Assembly: GCA_000320545.1 (NCBI GenBank)
Contig: ADNK01000247.1
Span: forward strand, 1-64,000
Length of the DNA stretch: 64,000 nucleotides
Reading direction: 5' to 3'
DNA from: Bigelowiella natans CCMP2755
Taxonomy: Eukaryota; Protista; Cercozoa
Every line of letters starts with the position of its first letter. Positions within the stretch are counted from its first letter, which is position 1. The position numbers and the translations under genes were made by a program. Shown in pieces: positions 43,592-58,679 of this stretch. Below the pieces are notes generated by a model. The model saw nothing but the letters and a program-made list of their open reading frames with translations. It had not been told where the DNA came from and searched no databases.

Positions 43592-44073
43592 TAAAAGTAG
43601 GCGTGCAAAATTCATGATGTCATGAGCTCATGAGATGCTAGTGTGTAACACTATGTTACTGGAAGAAGCATGAACATGATAGCGCTGCATACTACATTAA
43701 TGTTTCCATGTTTTCCCTACATAAACTTCATTTTAAACTATGAACAAGTGATAGCTGCAACGATGTGGCATGTGGAAGAACAAAAATATTTGGTACGTGA
43801 CTGCCAGAACATGCGCGACTCATGGATTAGTCATAGTCACATAGCGGAGCGTACACATTGATCTTTCTAGTCAGATGTATCGAAAACTTTATTTCAATAA
43901 CGTGCTTTCTTGTGTCGAAACAAAGTCGCGTGGTGCACATCATTTGCTGGCAAACTGTAAACTTTGTCTCTCTATCTTCTAGCTATAATTCCATAGCTAG
44001 ACAGAGGTGTCGTTACGTCCGTCTCAAAAATTTGTCCAGATTTGTTGTTGACATCGTCCAGATTTAACTGGCT

Positions 44074-47000
44074 CTAAACAGATGTTAATTTATTCGTCGA
44101 ATTTTCCTGATCATCTTGGAAAGTAATGTCTGGATTGAAAATATTCCATTGTGTTCCTGAAACCTGAATTATATATTTTAATTGCATGGTGTAGGTCAAA
44201 TAAAGGAAATATATGAAAATGAATCTAGATTACCTGCTTTTCGACATTAGCTAAACCTGAGGCAAGTCGAATGTGACGCTGCCACATTTGTGCATCTACG
44301 TATCCATCACTTCTGATCTGGTATTCCATTATACCAAAAGAGTTAATTGCAGATTATTATTATTGAAATATACAAGGGCGAACCTTCAAAACTTCCTTCT
44401 CGTTTCCCCACCATAGAACCTCAATTTCAGTGGGCTTATTGGGGTCCAAGGATGGCCGGACCTGACATCTAAAGGAAATAATAAAACTGAATGGAAAGAT
44501 AATCGCACAGGGGATATTAAGTAAGACCCAATCAGATCAATGGGATCCAGAATTTGTAGCTTCCTTGTACCGAATAAACTAGGGGGGAAACTTTGTCAAG
44601 AAGGTGCGGCGCATTAAAATTTTTTTGCAATTACGTTGAAAAGAATCCTCCTTTGCTTCCTTTGCTTTTTGTAGAACTTGGAGTTTTAAGTTCAAGATTG
44701 CCGCTGTAAATCATAAGCTATGAGGCTAGTTTGTAGGTGTAGAATTTCGTCAGCATCATCATTAGACCTTCGATTACTTCCAGAAAATTGAGTTCCAAGA
44801 TCAACACCCTGAAAACAAAAGCGTGTGACACCCAATCAAGATTACAGCACTTTGATTTTAAATGTTACCGATTGTTCGGTTTGTACAGAGTGGCGAAAAC
44901 TGTCTTGCCGTATGTTATCAAAGAGAGCATCCTAATATATAGTTTATCTTTACGGTTGAAATTATATATATATCAGTGTACATGAAATATAGAAGATACT
45001 ATTGTCTTCCTGATGTCAGCTTGCCATTTTTTTGATCCATCAAATGAATCAGCGCGCATCGTTTCGATCTGAGGAAAAATCAAAAAAATATTGTTTTAGA
45101 TACATGTGCTACACAAATACTTCGGATACCTTATTTGATAATTCCAGGGCAAACACAGTTTCTCTTTTCGCGTCGCTACTCTAGATATTTAGACCAATTA
45201 CGTAGTTGAAAACGCAACATTGTCGACGTTATTTTTTATGTATACAATGACGCATTTTGGATTCTTAGCATCCACTTCGAGGACAAACTCTGACTCCTCG
45301 GAGGATTGAAGCTGATTTAATTTACATATTCAAGATCTTTCTTATCTATCTTCACATAAATTAAACAAATTCGTTGCGATATTGTCACCATTTTGAACTC
45401 GATGTGCACAAAAGTCCTATGAGACAGAAGTCGAGCCCAATATTTCTGAAATCGACGTCCACGAAGTACTTCAAGCCACCCTTCGCAAACAAGTGTAACC
45501 TACGCGCGATGGTGAAAGATTATGAATAATTAAAATGCACATAAATGACAATGTACTAGCTACCACTTCAGTATTTAATTCGCTAGATCCCAGATTCTCA
45601 GAGACCTTGTACATAGTTGTGTGGAGAGTGAGTGTTTAGTGGGTTGGAAAGAATAGAAAATATACAGACAGAAGGAGATTCTTTAATGCTCCTCAAAATT
45701 GAATTTGGCCTGCACAACACAAGCATAAGTATTTGTTGCGTTCAAGACTTTGATGCAACCTATGACCTAGAGAAACTCGGGTCCTCGAAAGAAACTTGTC
45801 TTGAAACTTGCCCACTGGAAATATCTCCTACCTAGTATACATCGATAATAGTGATCTAATTATAAAAGATAAATCTATATTTATTTGGTACTTGCGACTC
45901 CGGAATCCCTGTCATCAGCGATCCTGTTTTTTGGTTAGATAGCCATAAATAATATAGGGGAAATTATCTTCAGATTAAATTATCATGATGAAAAGAGGTA
46001 CCTCGCAGCTTGCATACGAATCTAAATTAATAGGGAATAGACGGTTACAGTTTAGGGTCAATCCATCTTAGTATGATTGAATTATTCACCTAGCACTCTT
46101 TTTCTTTCGGATATGTGGCTTCCCTGCGAGCTTTAATGGGCCCTGAGGTAATCAAATCAGCCTAAAATGGCAGAACGGCTGTTACAAGGATGTGATTATT
46201 CCACAACCCAGCATCGAGTAAAGGTCCGTGTAGCATTCAAAGCAATTTTATTAGCATTACGGAGTCCTGGCAGAGAGACTAAGTTTCGACTAACAAACTT
46301 AAAGAGGAAGAGGGATTTACCAACTATACACGTTTGCCGAGTAGATTTGGTTGCAACTTGCATCTCTTCAAAGGATTGTAAGATCGTCAAATATCTGAAT
46401 TTCCATGATTCATCTTCCTACAAATTTGCTCTTCCTTTTCAACTATGTTAATTCAAATTTTTGTACCGTAAATTATTGTGATTGACATTGGCAATGAGTG
46501 CAGACATTTGTTTGCACACCTGATATATCAGACACCATATTAGAACAGTAACATCTCCACATTCATTCGATAATCTTTTTCCATTCCTTGGGAGCTAAAT
46601 CGCAGTGAAAGATGATGTCTTGGGCCGAAGGAATGCAGACTTTGAACTGAATTAAGTTTGAACATATGACTCAAAGCCAGATCCTACGTATTCGATTATG
46701 ACTCACATGGTTAGACTTCCTGCAGAGTTTAATCAACCCGACACGATCCAATGAGACTTTATAATACTCCTTCGGGTACATAACTATCAGTGCGAGGTCA
46801 ATCATCGGATGGAGATAAAAAAAAGACCCTATTGAGATTTCTGGGCCTGAATATCATCAGATGTCGATTTGTCAATACTATAACTTTTTTCAACGATTTT
46901 GGATGTCCTGTTCATAGTTTATATGGGTCTTCCTGAGATCTAGTTCTAATCCAGAATGAGTAGTTGCTCGAAATATCTTGTGACCTTCAGACACAATTCC

Positions 47001-50000
47001 AGCCCATCCAACGCTATCATGTATAGTTTCAAATGCCTACGCGACATCACATATTGTTTGAATTGTCAACAATTTGACAATTAGAGGTTCTCATAAGACA
47101 TCGGATCAATTCAAACAACCTGTCCTGCCTTCGCAGTTTTCAATAGTTCTTGCATTTCGATTGCAGCCTAAAGGTTTTATTATCATGGATCGAAGATGAT
47201 TATATCTATGTTAATAAAAAATATTATTCGAAGGTGCTTGAACCTTAAGTTCTGCATTTGCTTCCAAGTCCGAGGGGTCGGCGCTGGATTTTTAACATGC
47301 AACAACTGTTAGGAAAAGAAAATTGGTGACATAGAATTTGAATCCACTTATGCATACCTTACGATTTTCTCAAAGGCGATGATAGCTTTAGCAACAAGCG
47401 AGAAGGAGACAGGAAGGACTTTCAACTCGTTAAACATTGAGTCCATCAGGATGCGACCCTAGCAAAATATAGGGTATTTATAAAGGCACTCATTTCGGTT
47501 TAGCAAACCTGAGCAAGGTCTAAGACCGAAAGCTTCTTCACCTATCAATACCCAAAATTTAGAATTTTGTCCTTGCAATAACCAGATTGAATCGATACTC
47601 ACCCGCAGACTTGTAGGTACTAAATCAACAATATGAAATTTGGTGAAGACCTTATATGCTCGCTTTGTTGTTAGTCTACAAACCATTACACTCATTGTTG
47701 TGGCCAAGAAACCATTATTACCAAATACCCTTTTGAGAATCGAGCTAGGCATTGGTCAGTGAGCCCGAAACTAACCATATGTAGCATATATGTAAGCACG
47801 CGGAACATATCAGGCAATACCTGAGAAATCCATGTCAGAGAAGGTACTGTAAACAGATCCTTCGATTTGAAATTATTTACAAAATTTAGATTTACAAGTC
47901 CGTAAAGCTCAAACTTAGATGTAAACTGCTTGCTGTCCATCTGTCGAATATTCCTTAGGTTTCCAAGATCCTTATGCCTTGTGCCATCCTATAAGTGAAT
48001 GTCCTATTGCAACACTTTCATCTTCACACAATATAGGTTTACTCTTTTCAAGGCAAGAGGCCCAAATCTTCTCAGGATTCCTTTGTAAACATAGATCTTC
48101 CAGAATTCTTCTTCAGCTATAGCGTCCTACATTGACAAAAAGGAGAATGAAGTTCATTTTTCCTTCTGCACCTATACACAAAAGATATTGATTGCATGCA
48201 GTGACCTTGAGTGCATCTGCCAACCGTGTCATGGAGTTGCTCTGCACTTTAGTTGGTGCCTTTCCTGGATATGGGTAATTTGATTTACAATAATTTGAAC
48301 GGAAAAAATCATCAACAAAACCTTGATGTCTCTTTTCGCTAGATCCCACTATTTAAAAGAACAATGGGTGATGTACTTCAAAATTACTTTCATTGAAACT
48401 CGTTTATTGCTCTCACTGATCAATTCTCGCAAAAATTACCAGTAAGATTTAGAAAGTGCACAACAACACTCATAAGATCCGAGTATCGGCCTAAATATCA
48501 TGTGCATTTTAAATCACCGCCGTATACATTCATATATCTCCACCTGTTCTGTTCACAAGATCTCTGAGACATCCTCGAAGGAGATTCTTCAATGTTCGAG
48601 CAACCTTTTCACGTGCGATATATGGTGCGTAAAATTTATGTATGCAAGTGAATGACTTAATTGTCTCATACAATCTCAACAAGGAGAGCAGCACGGTGCT
48701 TTTCTGAAGATATGATGCTCCTAACCAGACCCATATGACGTACATTTACACCCGCCTGTAAAAGAAAGACCAAATCCGTATCGGTAACCTAGGTAACATG
48801 CCTTGGTTGCGAATAAAGAATAAACCTTATGGAATCTACTACTTAGGCTTATATGCCGAGTTATCCCATAACTAGATTCTTTTTCGTCAGGTTCAGGTAG
48901 CTTCTCCATCTCAAATTCTTTTGCAAATTGTGGGATAACGGCCGTGACTAAATAGCGGGTGGCTTCTGCTACCTGTTTGCAAAAATTGTAGGTGTCAGCA
49001 AAAATGTTTTTTAAACTTACAGCTACCATGCGTAAACATATTGACATCAGACTAAGAAGAAAATCTACTTACAATCTCATTTTGCTTTTTGTAGTCGGAA
49101 GATCCTTTTGAGAAGTTTGACATGGCATCCGCGGATAATCTAAGAAACGTGGTAGCTGTGAGACGACGAATCTTATTACTAAACTCATAACGCGTACGGA
49201 GGAAAGATTTTCGCCTTCTGCCTTATTAAGTGTTCAGGCCGTTGCAGCCGGAAGAAAATAGATTGCTCGTCACTACCTGAAGAAATTATCAATGTAGAAC
49301 AAATGCATCCTACAAATCTACAAATTAAGCTTACTTACCTCGAATTAGATGTCGCACTTCATCTGGATGCTCCGGAGGAAATAATCGAGCAAGATCCAAA
49401 CCATATATCCCTTCCAATTAAATAACTCAGCAAGTCTCTATGAGTTAGAAAACTACAAACACTTTTATCTTTGCCAAGATGAATTTCCACATCAGCTGCG
49501 AGATGAGCCTTCTTCCCCCATTGTGTATCGTGCACAGCTAAGTGTAGTGCTGACGACGCACCCTTTACGTGAAAATTGAGAAAATTTAGTCAAAGCTGCC
49601 TCACACATTAGGAAGAACTACCTTTACAAGTTGACTGACTCTTTTGCTAGTCTTTTCATCAGCAAAGTCATCATAGTGGTAAATCTTTCCGTCTCTAAAA
49701 CCTATGTATTGGGGACCCTTGAGGCGTTTTCAAGGTGCATACGATCTCTAATTCATCGTTACCACTCACGAGTCCATCAAGCTGTATCCACGGCATACAA
49801 ACGGCCCGATATCCATGGTAATCAATCACAACCTTATTCCAATAAATTGATGAGTGTGATTGACGTAATTATTGTCGTAATAAGAAGATTGTAATGCCTG
49901 CATGGGAACACGGATGCCATCTCCATCGACCTAGTTTGAAATAATCGTAAGTTTTTCAACACTGATGAATTTATGACGAACCTCAATCTGCTGAAAGCCG

Positions 50001-52257
50001 ACTCGAAATAACTGGCTGGCGCCTCGTAGATCATGGGCGGCAGACTTTTGAAAATAGATGTGGCGATGAGAATCTTTCTGATATCTTTATTGAAATATCA
50101 CCTTGCTTGCATACTCGTAGTTAGCACCTTTACTTCCACCATAAAGATAGAACGGTTTCTTGTTGCGGTAACAAATCAGAGGATCCTTAACCTATGTGTA
50201 CCAATAGGTCTCACTTAGAGGAAGTACTAAATAGCATATAATACATCACCAATTTCACGAGCATATTTCTGACTCTATATTTCGCTCCTCCAGCAACTCC
50301 CCCCGCATGGAATGGCTTGATAGTCTTCTCTTTCAACTAATTGCAAAATATCTCATGCGTTGTATTGGTAATTTGTTAAGTAACGTACCGGTAGATATTG
50401 TTCTACTATTATAACTCTGCCGTAAAGCTTAGCTGTTTCAGCAAAATCAACGGCGACATGGTACACCTGAACGAAAGCAAAATTGTAAAAATGATACATA
50501 TTACTATTGAATTTCAAATAACCTCTGTATAGCTTTCACTATCCAAGGCTTTTTGAAATTCAAGGTTCCACTCAGGGATCACAGTTTTGTCCTTTCCGAT
50601 GTCATCTATCCTCATCAATGCAAGAAGCTCTGACGTCTCATCACCTTCTTTTAAGGGACCCTTTTTCAATTTTTTGGGGGATACTTTGATCATAGAGTGT
50701 TTATTATTTTCCCCGGCAACTGCATTATTTTTAGCCTAAAAAGAATTCAAGAAGTTTCAATTTTCACTTTTTCTGAAAGGGTATTGGACCATATACCATA
50801 GGAGAGACATTTTCTGGAGAAACCTCGTAGACTTTTTCATCATCTGGAGTCTCCTTTTCATCCCTTTGCTCATTTTTCCGGAAAAGCTCGACAGTTCCCA
50901 AGTTGCTATCCTTCAAAATTTATTTTTCACTTGATTTCGATTGTATTTTCTTATAAAGTACTTTGAACTTGGTAGACTCACAAATTCATCTGGACCGTAT
51001 GGCACGTCAGCTGTGTACTCTTGAATATACACGTTTTTCTCTGGAAGTAGATTTAGATTAGGTTTCTTTGGCTTAACCGATCCATGCCCAGTGTTTTCTG
51101 ATTAAGTAAACTTGTACATGTAAATGGTTAACACCAGACTCCATAAATTTTCAAGGTATACTTTCAAGATCGTCATTTCCAATTCCATTCTCTTGCTCTC
51201 CGATCCTAATCAATGCGATGCAATGTTCATACTTTCCTACTTTTTGGATTCAGCATACCTTCGTAAGTGCGACTCTGGAACACAACTGTATGTGGTGTTG
51301 TGAACGTCATAGTTTGGATCGCTCTCGTCAGTTGGCCCGATGAAAATATCGTAAGTTCCCGCGTTGTATGACACTATTGTACCTAGTTTAAAATTTATTA
51401 GCGATTAGCGATTAGCGACGGCGCGGATAAATAAATCGATCATAAAACCCTTAATCCACTTCCCATAGGAGTTGCCCATTCGGATGATCTGATAATCCTG
51501 GGATTAGAATCTCCCATGATGAGTGAGTGGTTTGAAAGATACCTTCAATTCGACTGCTTCATTTTTGCTGTATTTGTATCTCAGCAATGCAACATACCTA
51601 TAGTGCTCTTAATAAAAATTTTATTTTAATCATTCAACTGAAAATTGCTTACTCTCTAGAGGCTTTGTATTTGCTAGTACGAATCCCCTTGCTAAAAGAT
51701 TTGACTTTTCGAAATTTCCCTGCCGTGTGTGTGGGACGGTTTCGAATCTTGTTGCCTGGTCGTTCAATTTGTCCGACCGAAGGTCGTTCCCCAGATAGGT
51801 CCTGTCGAGGCTGGACGTTTGGTCTATCAGAACGAGCTTCTGATCCTACTTTACCCCCGGGGTTACGATTTCCAGAATTGCTCTTTGGTCGTGAAATTTC
51901 TGCAGACGGTTGATTACTCTCTCTAGTTTGTGTTTTTCCTTCATGAGGAGCTGCAGGTGTAGATTCCTTTCGCATTGATTCAGAACCGCCACGTCTTCTA
52001 CTTCCCCTCTTTGTAACCAGGAATGCTGACTTTGATTTAGTTCTCGGTGGATCGCTCTTCCGGCGATTGCAAAAGTCATTTTTTGGTTCTGGGTTTGGCG
52101 AACGTTGCCGAGCTGTCCGAGATTGACGAGTATTTATTTGGTTTACGGGAGATTTTCGTCGAGAGCTAACACTACTCCGCAAGGGTGATGTTGTGAATTG
52201 ACGATTGATATTGGTAGGGCTTCTTCTGGAGCCAGAAGTCCTTCTAGACGACGACAT
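44074..52257 (-). CDS. CLU (clustered mitochondria)-domain protein with many short introns
   Basis: Spliced motifs DFAETAKLYGRVII, KTIKPFHAGGVAGGAKY, IDYHGYR, ADVEIHLGKDK, DLARLFPPE, LSADAMSNF, ATRYLVTAVIPQFA, GVNVRHMGLVR, VARTLKNLLR. First exon is R/S-rich. Confidence 0.82.
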
Positions 52258-52970
52258 TTGTTTTAGGCTTATTGTGCTCAATACCTCATTTGACTAGAAA
52301 TTGAGGAAAAACTCAACCTACAACAAAGGGTGAGGGGTCTGGAAACATTTGGCAATTTGATCCTGCGTCAAGAAAAATACAATGTCGCATGACTGAAATA
52401 ATGACGAATGATCAAGTGCACGCATCAGAGATTTGGCCCAACTTTTCTGACTGCCCGGATTTTTCCTGAAAAAGAGCACTTCACGCTCGGAGGGAATCCC
52501 TATGGAAATGGCCTTTAATTTATGAAAACGGCTTACATCTCAAGGACAAAAGTGCGTCACACAAAGATGTATGCGGATTTCTCTCGGCGACCTGACAGAA
52601 TGATAATTCCAGCGGCGTAAAAGGTGAACTCTTTTGAATGTAGATCTAGCACTAAGCTACTTAGGGTTAGCTTCCAGTCGGAACTCGGAAACAAGTTGGA
52701 AACAAATTTAGGTGAAAATACCACAAAGAAACCGGTAAATGGTAAACGGCAAAGCCGGAATTAATGGGTTCTTCTTCCTTCTGCGAGCATATCTCAGCTC
52801 CATAGCGGGATGACTTTCCATTTGGCCCTGTCGACCTGTGAGATTGGAAGGAACTATTATTGGTGCGACATGGTAATAATAATAGAAATACAAAAAAATC
52901 CCATATAGACGCGTGTGTGCGTGTGCACATGGCGGTCATCAAGTCATCATTCCGATCCACAGAAACGACG

Positions 52971-55900
52971 ATGATGGTGGTTCGTGATACGCACTATCGT
53001 TTGGCGGCGGCCTTCTTCTTTGCTACCGCGATTCTTCACCAGGCTGATTCTCAGATAGTGTCCGAGCCTGTAAGCATAATTGTAAATTGTGATGACAGAA
53101 TTAGCACAAACTCAATCAGAATCATTTATCATCTTGTCCAAATGTAATTTTCTTTTTGGACAATGAAAAATTGGGATTTATTGACTTGGAATGTAAATAT
53201 TACATCTCTGAATTTAAATGGAACTCGATCCGTCAAGTTCGAATTCACAACACTCATTGCAAATGGGCAAGGTGCACAAGATGGATTACCAAACCAAGCT
53301 CAAGGTCATCACAAACAATTTTATTAGCGCTTTACTAAACAAATTTCCAATATGTACAGTTCACTCTCCTAGGGGAATTGTCACTCGCATAAGCACTGGG
53401 GAAATATATTTTGGAGAAAATGTACCAGACAACAAGATAGATTATGCCGTGTTGAATAATTATTGTTCATCAGAACCTTCCATTGTTACGTAAAATCGAC
53501 CCAATAACTTTTACCATCACAACATTAGTTGGACCAGAAGACGATGTAAGTTATTCCTCAATATCACCAAATAGCCATCACGACCGAATTTGATAAACAG
53601 ACCAGTGGAGGACTTGTTGATGGGATAGGAACAATAGCCAGGTCTTACAACAAAGTATTGAGATCGTTCTGTCCTCTCTGAATTGAAGTATCATTTAAAG
53701 ATTTAGGGAAATTGAAAGATTATCCTGGCAGGACGCAGAGGAGACCTTGCTTCTAATCAGCGATCAGGTATGATACAAAGGAACAAGTAGATCATCAATC
53801 AATCTCATCCTTTGGTGGTTCTTATGCAGACGAATAGTCGAATCCGATTAGTTGACGTCGAATCCCTGGAAGTATTTATTATGTCTTTAATTGAAACTAT
53901 ACTGAATACTATTTTTAATACATGTTCTATCATATTCGGCCAATAATGGCTCGTAAGACGACAACTGGTATATGACCACATTCTGAACATCTGAACTTTG
54001 TGTTCTAATCAAATCATTACATGTTGTAATTAGTTGCTGGTGGAGGAGCAGAAGGCGACGGATTAGGAACTAATGCCCTTTTCATAGTCCGTATATTGCA
54101 TTTGGTTATCGTGCCTCTAACATAAATATATGTTCAGCGTCCCCGAACAGTGAATGCTGATGTTCAGCGGGGATATGCTTACGTGGGGCAGAATGGCAAA
54201 ATACGCGCTTTGAAGCTTAATGACTACGAGGTATTCTAAAGGAAAATTTTAGAGGGAATATAATTTTCTTGAATAGGTTACAACCATCGCCGGTGATGTG
54301 ATTCAAGGCGTTAGCGATGGAATCGGTACGGCAGTAAGGATACGGGAGGTTCAAACTGCTGAACTTCGGAATGGATTCTTGTACTTTTATTTGACTCAGT
54401 ATTGATTTCATTTCGATTCAATGAAAGTATGTGTCTAGGTATTTCGTCGATGAAGTTACCACAAATTTCAACCAAATGGCCTTGAGAAGATTGAACGTGG
54501 ATTCTGGAGAAGTCGTTACGTTGATCAGAACTGGGTAATCATCAGAAAACTCAAAGTAAATTGAATTGTTAACATTTAGTTTGCTTTGCCAGGGATCTAG
54601 TTAGCTCCAACAGTGATTTAGAGATTAGAGGAGGATTCGGGATCATATTGTCGCCTCTTGATTCGAATTCAGACCCGACTTCTATTATTACAGCAAACCA
54701 TGTCGGTGAATAAATTGAGCGACCTTCTATCTGTTTATTATAATGTGACATGAATCAGCGAGACCGCGTAATTCATCGAGTGGATTTGGCAAACCAAACA
54801 CTTTCTGTCGTCGCAGGAGTAGGTCGAATAATCACGTTTTAAACGAAAAATAATCTAAAAGTGGAAGCACCTATTAATCTCGTAACAACAAACAGCTGGT
54901 CAGTCGTTAATCGTGGACGGAGTTGGCACGAATGCTAGATTCGAATTGGGACCAGAGGTACTATGTGTCATTATAAACATATTGGAAACCGTAATGGATG
55001 TTTAGAAATATTTTCTTAGGCTCTGCATCATATCCCAGGAACAAACAGGATTATAGTTGCGGAGGTTATCAAACGTGTTGCCAACTTTCGTGAATAAATG
55101 TATCTTGACATTAACCTAGGATGGAGCACTTCGTGAAATGGTGTTTTCCACACCCCCAACACCAATTCCAACAACAAGCCCTACAACTGAAACAGCAAGT
55201 CCTACATCGATTCAAACACCAAGCCCAACTATAACGCCTCAGTTGTCTGTTTCGGTTTCGATATCGTAAGTACATATACCTTTGGTTTATGAATATATTA
55301 ATATATTAGCGAATGCAAGTGAAATTTTAAAATATTTTTACTAAAAGGTCCATCGTTCTTCATGAAAGTTTCCCGCCATGGGACTCCTCGGATATCAATG
55401 GTGAAGGGACGACGACATTTTTCCTGACTAATAATCGCGCTCCAGCCTCTGCAGTTCAAATTGTATGCACTTCATCTGATGAAACTATTGTGAGAGTAAA
55501 TGCTGTAAGTCCCAACTTTGGTAGCGGATACGTAATTCTACCGGGAGAAGAGGCTCCATTCATTGTTGAGTCGACCTATGATCCATTGCACGTGGAACGA
55601 TATGCAATTATCGAATGCATGGTGTCTAGCGAAACAGTTGTGTTGGGTATTATTACGGTACCGGTCACAGTGAGAGATGTAGTGTGGCCCAGGGTGACAG
55701 ATTGGCTACTTTTGATTAGAGGTAACCTTCAAGTCAGCTCACTCTTTGAGGGGGGCTACACAGTCACAGTGAGTGGATCTACAAACATCACTGCCCTAAT
55801 AGAGTCAAATATACCAGCAGGGACGATTTATCCACAAGGCTTGTGTCCGTCTGTTACAGTCGGTGGCTTGCAAGCTCCGGTAACATCGTGCACATTTGAT

Positions 55901-58527
55901 AGCGTGGACTTCATTACACCCGCTTTTCAAGGACTTTGTGAAGTAGATGAGACCGAGTGTGGATATCAAACCATCCAAATGTCATACCCAGACGGGTTGA
56001 TTAGCTCTGGACTTCAGAATGAAAGCGCTGGTGGAATCATCGTATGTGATGGCAGTTGTCCTATCATGGGCCGCGGGTTCTACTACACTTCAACTTGTGT
56101 GGGTTTTACAGCTCCAGAGTTATGCGCTAGGATAGAGAACGACCCCTCAGGGTGTGCTTTTGGGTCCGGCGACAATTGTCGTCCGTGCTCTGAAAATGCG
56201 TTTTGCCCAGGCGGGAGTCGAATGTGGCCACGTGTCGGTCGAAATATTTTATACAGAATAATTTAAGAAATTTATATGCTTGCTGGAATCAACCTGATAA
56301 TACCAAATTTTATATAATCATAACTGCCAGGATATTGGACCTCGAGTGAATCTGTAGGGACAGTAGTACGCTGTCCACCACCTGCAGAGACACGATGCCA
56401 AGGATGGGACGAAGTAAGATCTGAACCAGATTGTGCGCAGGGCTACGAAGGGAATCTGTGTGGGTCTTGTTCCAATGGTTTCTATGAGCAGCTTAACGAA
56501 TGCATCAGATGCCCTGATTCTTCAGAAAATATCTTGCGTATCTTCATTCTTATTATTGTCGCAGCACTTCTTTTTGTTGTTGTTTACGCTGGGCTGGTGT
56601 ACAGTGATATCGGCGGTGGGAAGGAAGAATATAAAGATTTGATAACATGGCAGGCAAAGGATTTTGTCATATGGACAATCTTAATCTTACAGCTATTTTC
56701 GGTGGTCACCTCCACGGCAGGAGCAAATGCTTCGGCGGCGACGACACTGTTAGCATGGATCAATGTTGTCTCGCTTGACTTCCAGGCTGTCGGTCCAGAA
56801 TGTTTCTCCACTTCTGATGAGGCTTTTCTTAGAGAATATTTGATGTTCTCTGTTATCCTTTTTGCTCTAATTGCTACTGCACTACTGAGTGGGAACGGTC
56901 CATGCTCAGCCATATTGAATGAAACTGGTACTCAAGGAAACTGGGGCAGTCAGTTAAAGACGGCGAGGGGATACTTAATGACGATGCTCATATTTCTTTA
57001 CACTCCTGCAACATTCCTTGCAGCAGGCGCCTCCTACTGTATTCCCTCAAACGATGAAAATGATGGTGACACTTTAGTGTCCTGGGCTAACCCTAATTTC
57101 GAATGTGGAGGCCCTACCCACCTTCCTGTTATGACATTAGGGCTTATTGTCTTATCTCTGTACAGTATAGCCTTTCCAATTTGGTCCTATATGAAGATTC
57201 GTGGAGTATATAAGTCTAATAATCTGTCAAAGTTCGGGGCTCGTCACTATAGAAAGTTGTGTAACCTAAAAACCAAAACTCTGATTTTTACCTTTTCAAT
57301 TTTGGATATCAACAGTACCAACACTTGTTGTGTCACTCAGATTTTTTGGAGACGATTATTATCCACAGTATTACTGGGTTATACTTTTTGTCTTGCACTG
57401 CAGCAGCAACATACTGAATATTCGTTTCTTGCTTGAAGGTTCTGCAATGTCAAATGCTATTATCATTTACACTCTGCCTTACTCGAGTATACTTATCAAA
57501 TCATGAACAGCCTGAGCAAGTAAGATAAACAAACTTCAAATTTTGAGAATGATCGTTTAAACGTGAATTCTGGACTAACTTTAGTTATCGAAGCTCATCA
57601 TTAATGTAATCGCGATATGTACCTTCCTTGCTCTTGTGGTACATTATGATTGATTTTTAAACAGAATCTAAATCTTGCGGGACATTATAATCAATATCTA
57701 TCATCTTGCTACTTAGTTACACCTGAGACCACATGTTCGACACATGGCATGGAAGCTTCCGGTCCAAATTTCCTTGATGATACTACTCATATTTGTGAGT
57801 TTGCTTGAATTCTTCAACTACTTGTTCCTTGAGCAACAGGCTGTGTCAAAATCATTCGTTGAAGGTGGGACACATTGAACATTGAACATTGAATTGATAC
57901 CATATTGGTACCCGTTGGATTTTAGATGTATGTTCCTGCATATTCCTGTTAGGATTCTCTTACTTCATACTTTGCCTGGCTCTGTTGAACTTCATGCTTT
58001 TGGGATACTCCTTCTGGTTTGTTGTAATTCGCAAGAAAGAGCAAGACTACTATATTCAGCATTTTATGATTCAACGCCAAGGTACGTCATAACTTTATCT
58101 TCTAATGCACTTTACCTAATTCTTTTCACTCATAGCTCCAGGGCAGTTATCTCGTCGAAGTGGATCAGTGTCTAGAATAAAACGTGGACAATCAAAACGA
58201 GGTGATGGTCTAGAGGATGGTCAAGATTTCAATCCCGTATACCGGCACGCTATGGTCTCAAATGGATTTCAACCTTCTCAATATTCAAGACAAACGAGAA
58301 ATTCGTTAAGCGCTACTCGCGCTATGCACTATCTTCCAGAAAGAAATTTTGTTTCACCTGATGCTCAGGAACGAGCTAATTCCGGAACGTTTTCTCCTCG
58401 TAGCCAACACTCTACTGTGAACATGGTGAACATGAGAAATGGTGACAGCATCCATCATCAGCCAGAAATTAGCATTACTGCTGAATCAAAATCTGTATCT
58501 GCTTTATTTCGGTCAAACAAATGGTAA
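52971..58527 (+). CDS. Cell-surface multipass protein: signal peptide, NHL-like repeats, P/T linker, Ig/IPT-like region, Cys-rich region, multi-TM domain
   Basis: Leader LAAAFFFATAILHQADS; repeats DGLGTNALF, DGIGTAVRI, DGVGTNARF; linker TPTPIPTTSPT; Cys-rich CRPCSENAFCPGG...CAQGYEGNLCGSCSNGFY; several hydrophobic helices; cytoplasmic tail in the last exon. Confidence 0.8.
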
Positions 58528-58679
58528 ATGACAATGTTTATGGTTCTAGAGCTAGATGCAGATTTGCAGTAAACACATGCAGCTAGAAATATCCAATAAA
58601 TTACATCGTAACAAAAATGTCTTCAGAAATAGATTGCTTGCTTAAGGGGGACCATGAGATTGTCTTTTAAGCACCAAAC

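Noticed and set aside
47340-47460. RasGAP-like helix in the CLU-domain gene
   Set aside because: Only a vague resemblance; the FLR signature was not found.
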